A stretch of DNA of 64,000 nucleotides, from positions 67,227 to 131,226 of the forward strand of contig CAVYBU010000025.1 of assembly GCA_963766735.1 (NCBI GenBank), read 5' to 3'. Below are positions 63,212 through 64,000 of this stretch, piece by piece. Every line of letters begins with the position of its first letter. Position 1 is the first letter of the stretch. This stretch comes from an uncultured Chloroflexia bacterium. GTDB lineage: Bacteria > Chloroflexota > Limnocylindria > Limnocylindrales > CSP1-4. Both the position numbers and the translations under genes were made by a program. A model generated the notes under the pieces. It was not told where the DNA came from. It did no database searches and saw nothing but the letters and a program-made list of their open reading frames with translations.

Positions 63212-63253
63212 GATGTATGATGCAGTTATGCATGACACATCAAAGGTTGTCAA
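63212..63253. promoter_or_regulatory. AT-rich palindromic operator overlapping the nrtR promoter
   Basis: gatgtatgatgca-gtta-tgcatgacacatc (11/13 inverted repeat); minus strand TTGACA-17bp-CATAAC. Confidence 0.65.
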
Positions 63254-63277
63254 GCCCGATCCGGAGACGAGGAGACC

Positions 63278-63922
63278 ATGCCCAACGCTGACGACCCGGT
63301 GATCGACCACCCCATCCCGCCCCAGCCGTGGCTGTACGGCCCACGCCTGATCGCGGCGACCAAGGTGGCCCTGGAGATGCACGCGACCCAGGTCCGCAAG
63401 GGATCGCGGGTGCCGTACGCCGCGCACCTGCTGGGGACGTGCTCGATCGCGCTCGACCACGGTGCCAACGAGGACCAGGCGATCGCCGCGCTCCTCCACG
63501 ACGCCATCGAGGACGTCCACTACGCGCCCGGCGCCCGGGAGGCCGTCGCGGCGTTCGGCCCCGAGGTCCTGCGGATCGTGGAGGCCTGCACGGACGCGGA
63601 CACCTTCCCCAAGCCTCCCTGGAAGGCCCGCAAGGTCGCCTACATCGAGCACCTCGCGGACGCGGACGGCGCGGTCCTCCTCGTCTCGGCGTCGGACAAG
63701 CTCCACAACGCGCGGTCGATGGTGGCGGATTACCGGCGCGTGGGCGAGGCCCTGTGGGGCCGGTTCAAGGCGACGAAGGCGGAGACGCTCTGGAACTACC
63801 GCGCGCTCGTGACCGCGTTCCGGGCGAACCCGGCGCACCCGGGAGAGCTGGTGGACGAGCTCGACCGGACGGTCACCGAGCTCGAGCGACTTGCCGCAAC
63901 CGAGGAAGGAGCCCAGGCATGA
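63278..63922 (+). CDS. HD-domain RelA/SpoT-type small alarmone hydrolase (Mesh1-like)
   Basis: HATQVRKGSRVPYAAHL, ALLHDAIED, SDKLHN. Confidence 0.85.
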   Translation: MPNADDPVIDHPIPPQPWLYGPRLIAATKVALEMHATQVRKGSRVPYAAHLLGTCSIALDHGANEDQAIAALLHDAIEDVHYAPGAREAVAAFGPEVLRIVEACTDADTFPKPPWKARKVAYIEHLADADGAVLLVSASDKLHNARSMVADYRRVGEALWGRFKATKAETLWNYRALVTAFRANPAHPGELVDELDRTVTELERLAATEEGAQA

Positions 63923-64000
63923 CCACCCAGACGCACCTCGCATTCGTGGTCCTGCGCGACCTGGACGACGCGGACGGCACGCGCCATCTCGAGGCCGAGT
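63919..64000 (+). CDS. N-terminus of hypothetical protein resembling 51378-51731, truncated by window end
   Basis: AGGAG RBS, ATGA overlap; MTTQTHLAFVVLRDLDDADGTRHLEAE. Confidence 0.6.
   Translation, partial: MTTQTHLAFVVLRDLDDADGTRHLEAE

Overview
Very GC-rich bacterial chromosomal DNA (by eye about 70% GC or more). Gene content and style suggest Chloroflexota, possibly Limnocylindria-like, but that is inference. About a dozen genes carry frameshifts, which points to a long-read assembly, though some decay looks real. In order, the window holds: the end of a corrinoid methyltransferase cluster (AcsE-like pterin-binding protein, DUF1638, UroD/MtaA-like); hypF-hypC-hypD-hypE; an ArsB/NhaD transporter and PPK2; a decaying pyrimidine-utilisation locus (NCS1, beta-ureidopropionase remnant, preA); AKR, prolyl aminopeptidase and agmatinase; and a respiratory operon (membrane protein, Cys-rich atypical NarL/LuxR regulator, 6-heme cytochrome c, NrfC-like FeS protein, NrfD, 5-heme cytochrome c) with no catalytic subunit. 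Next come a CopRS/BaeRS-like two-component system; a reciprocally degenerated EamA-mtnA duplication flanking a Kef-type antiporter; fused ETF beta/alpha plus ETF:quinone oxidoreductase; PspC/LiaF-like genes and assorted hydrolases; and an SRPBCC-NDUFA9-like / HEAT-GT4 / GT1 / GH26 operon behind a CarH/LitR-like 11-bp-periodic operator. Beyond an orphan 3' half of tRNA-Gly(CCC) (att-like site) lies an NrtR / ADP-ribosylglycohydrolase-phosphatase fusion / macrodomain operon divergent from a Mesh1-like HD hydrolase. No rRNA, intact tRNA, CRISPR array, integrase or transposase was seen.
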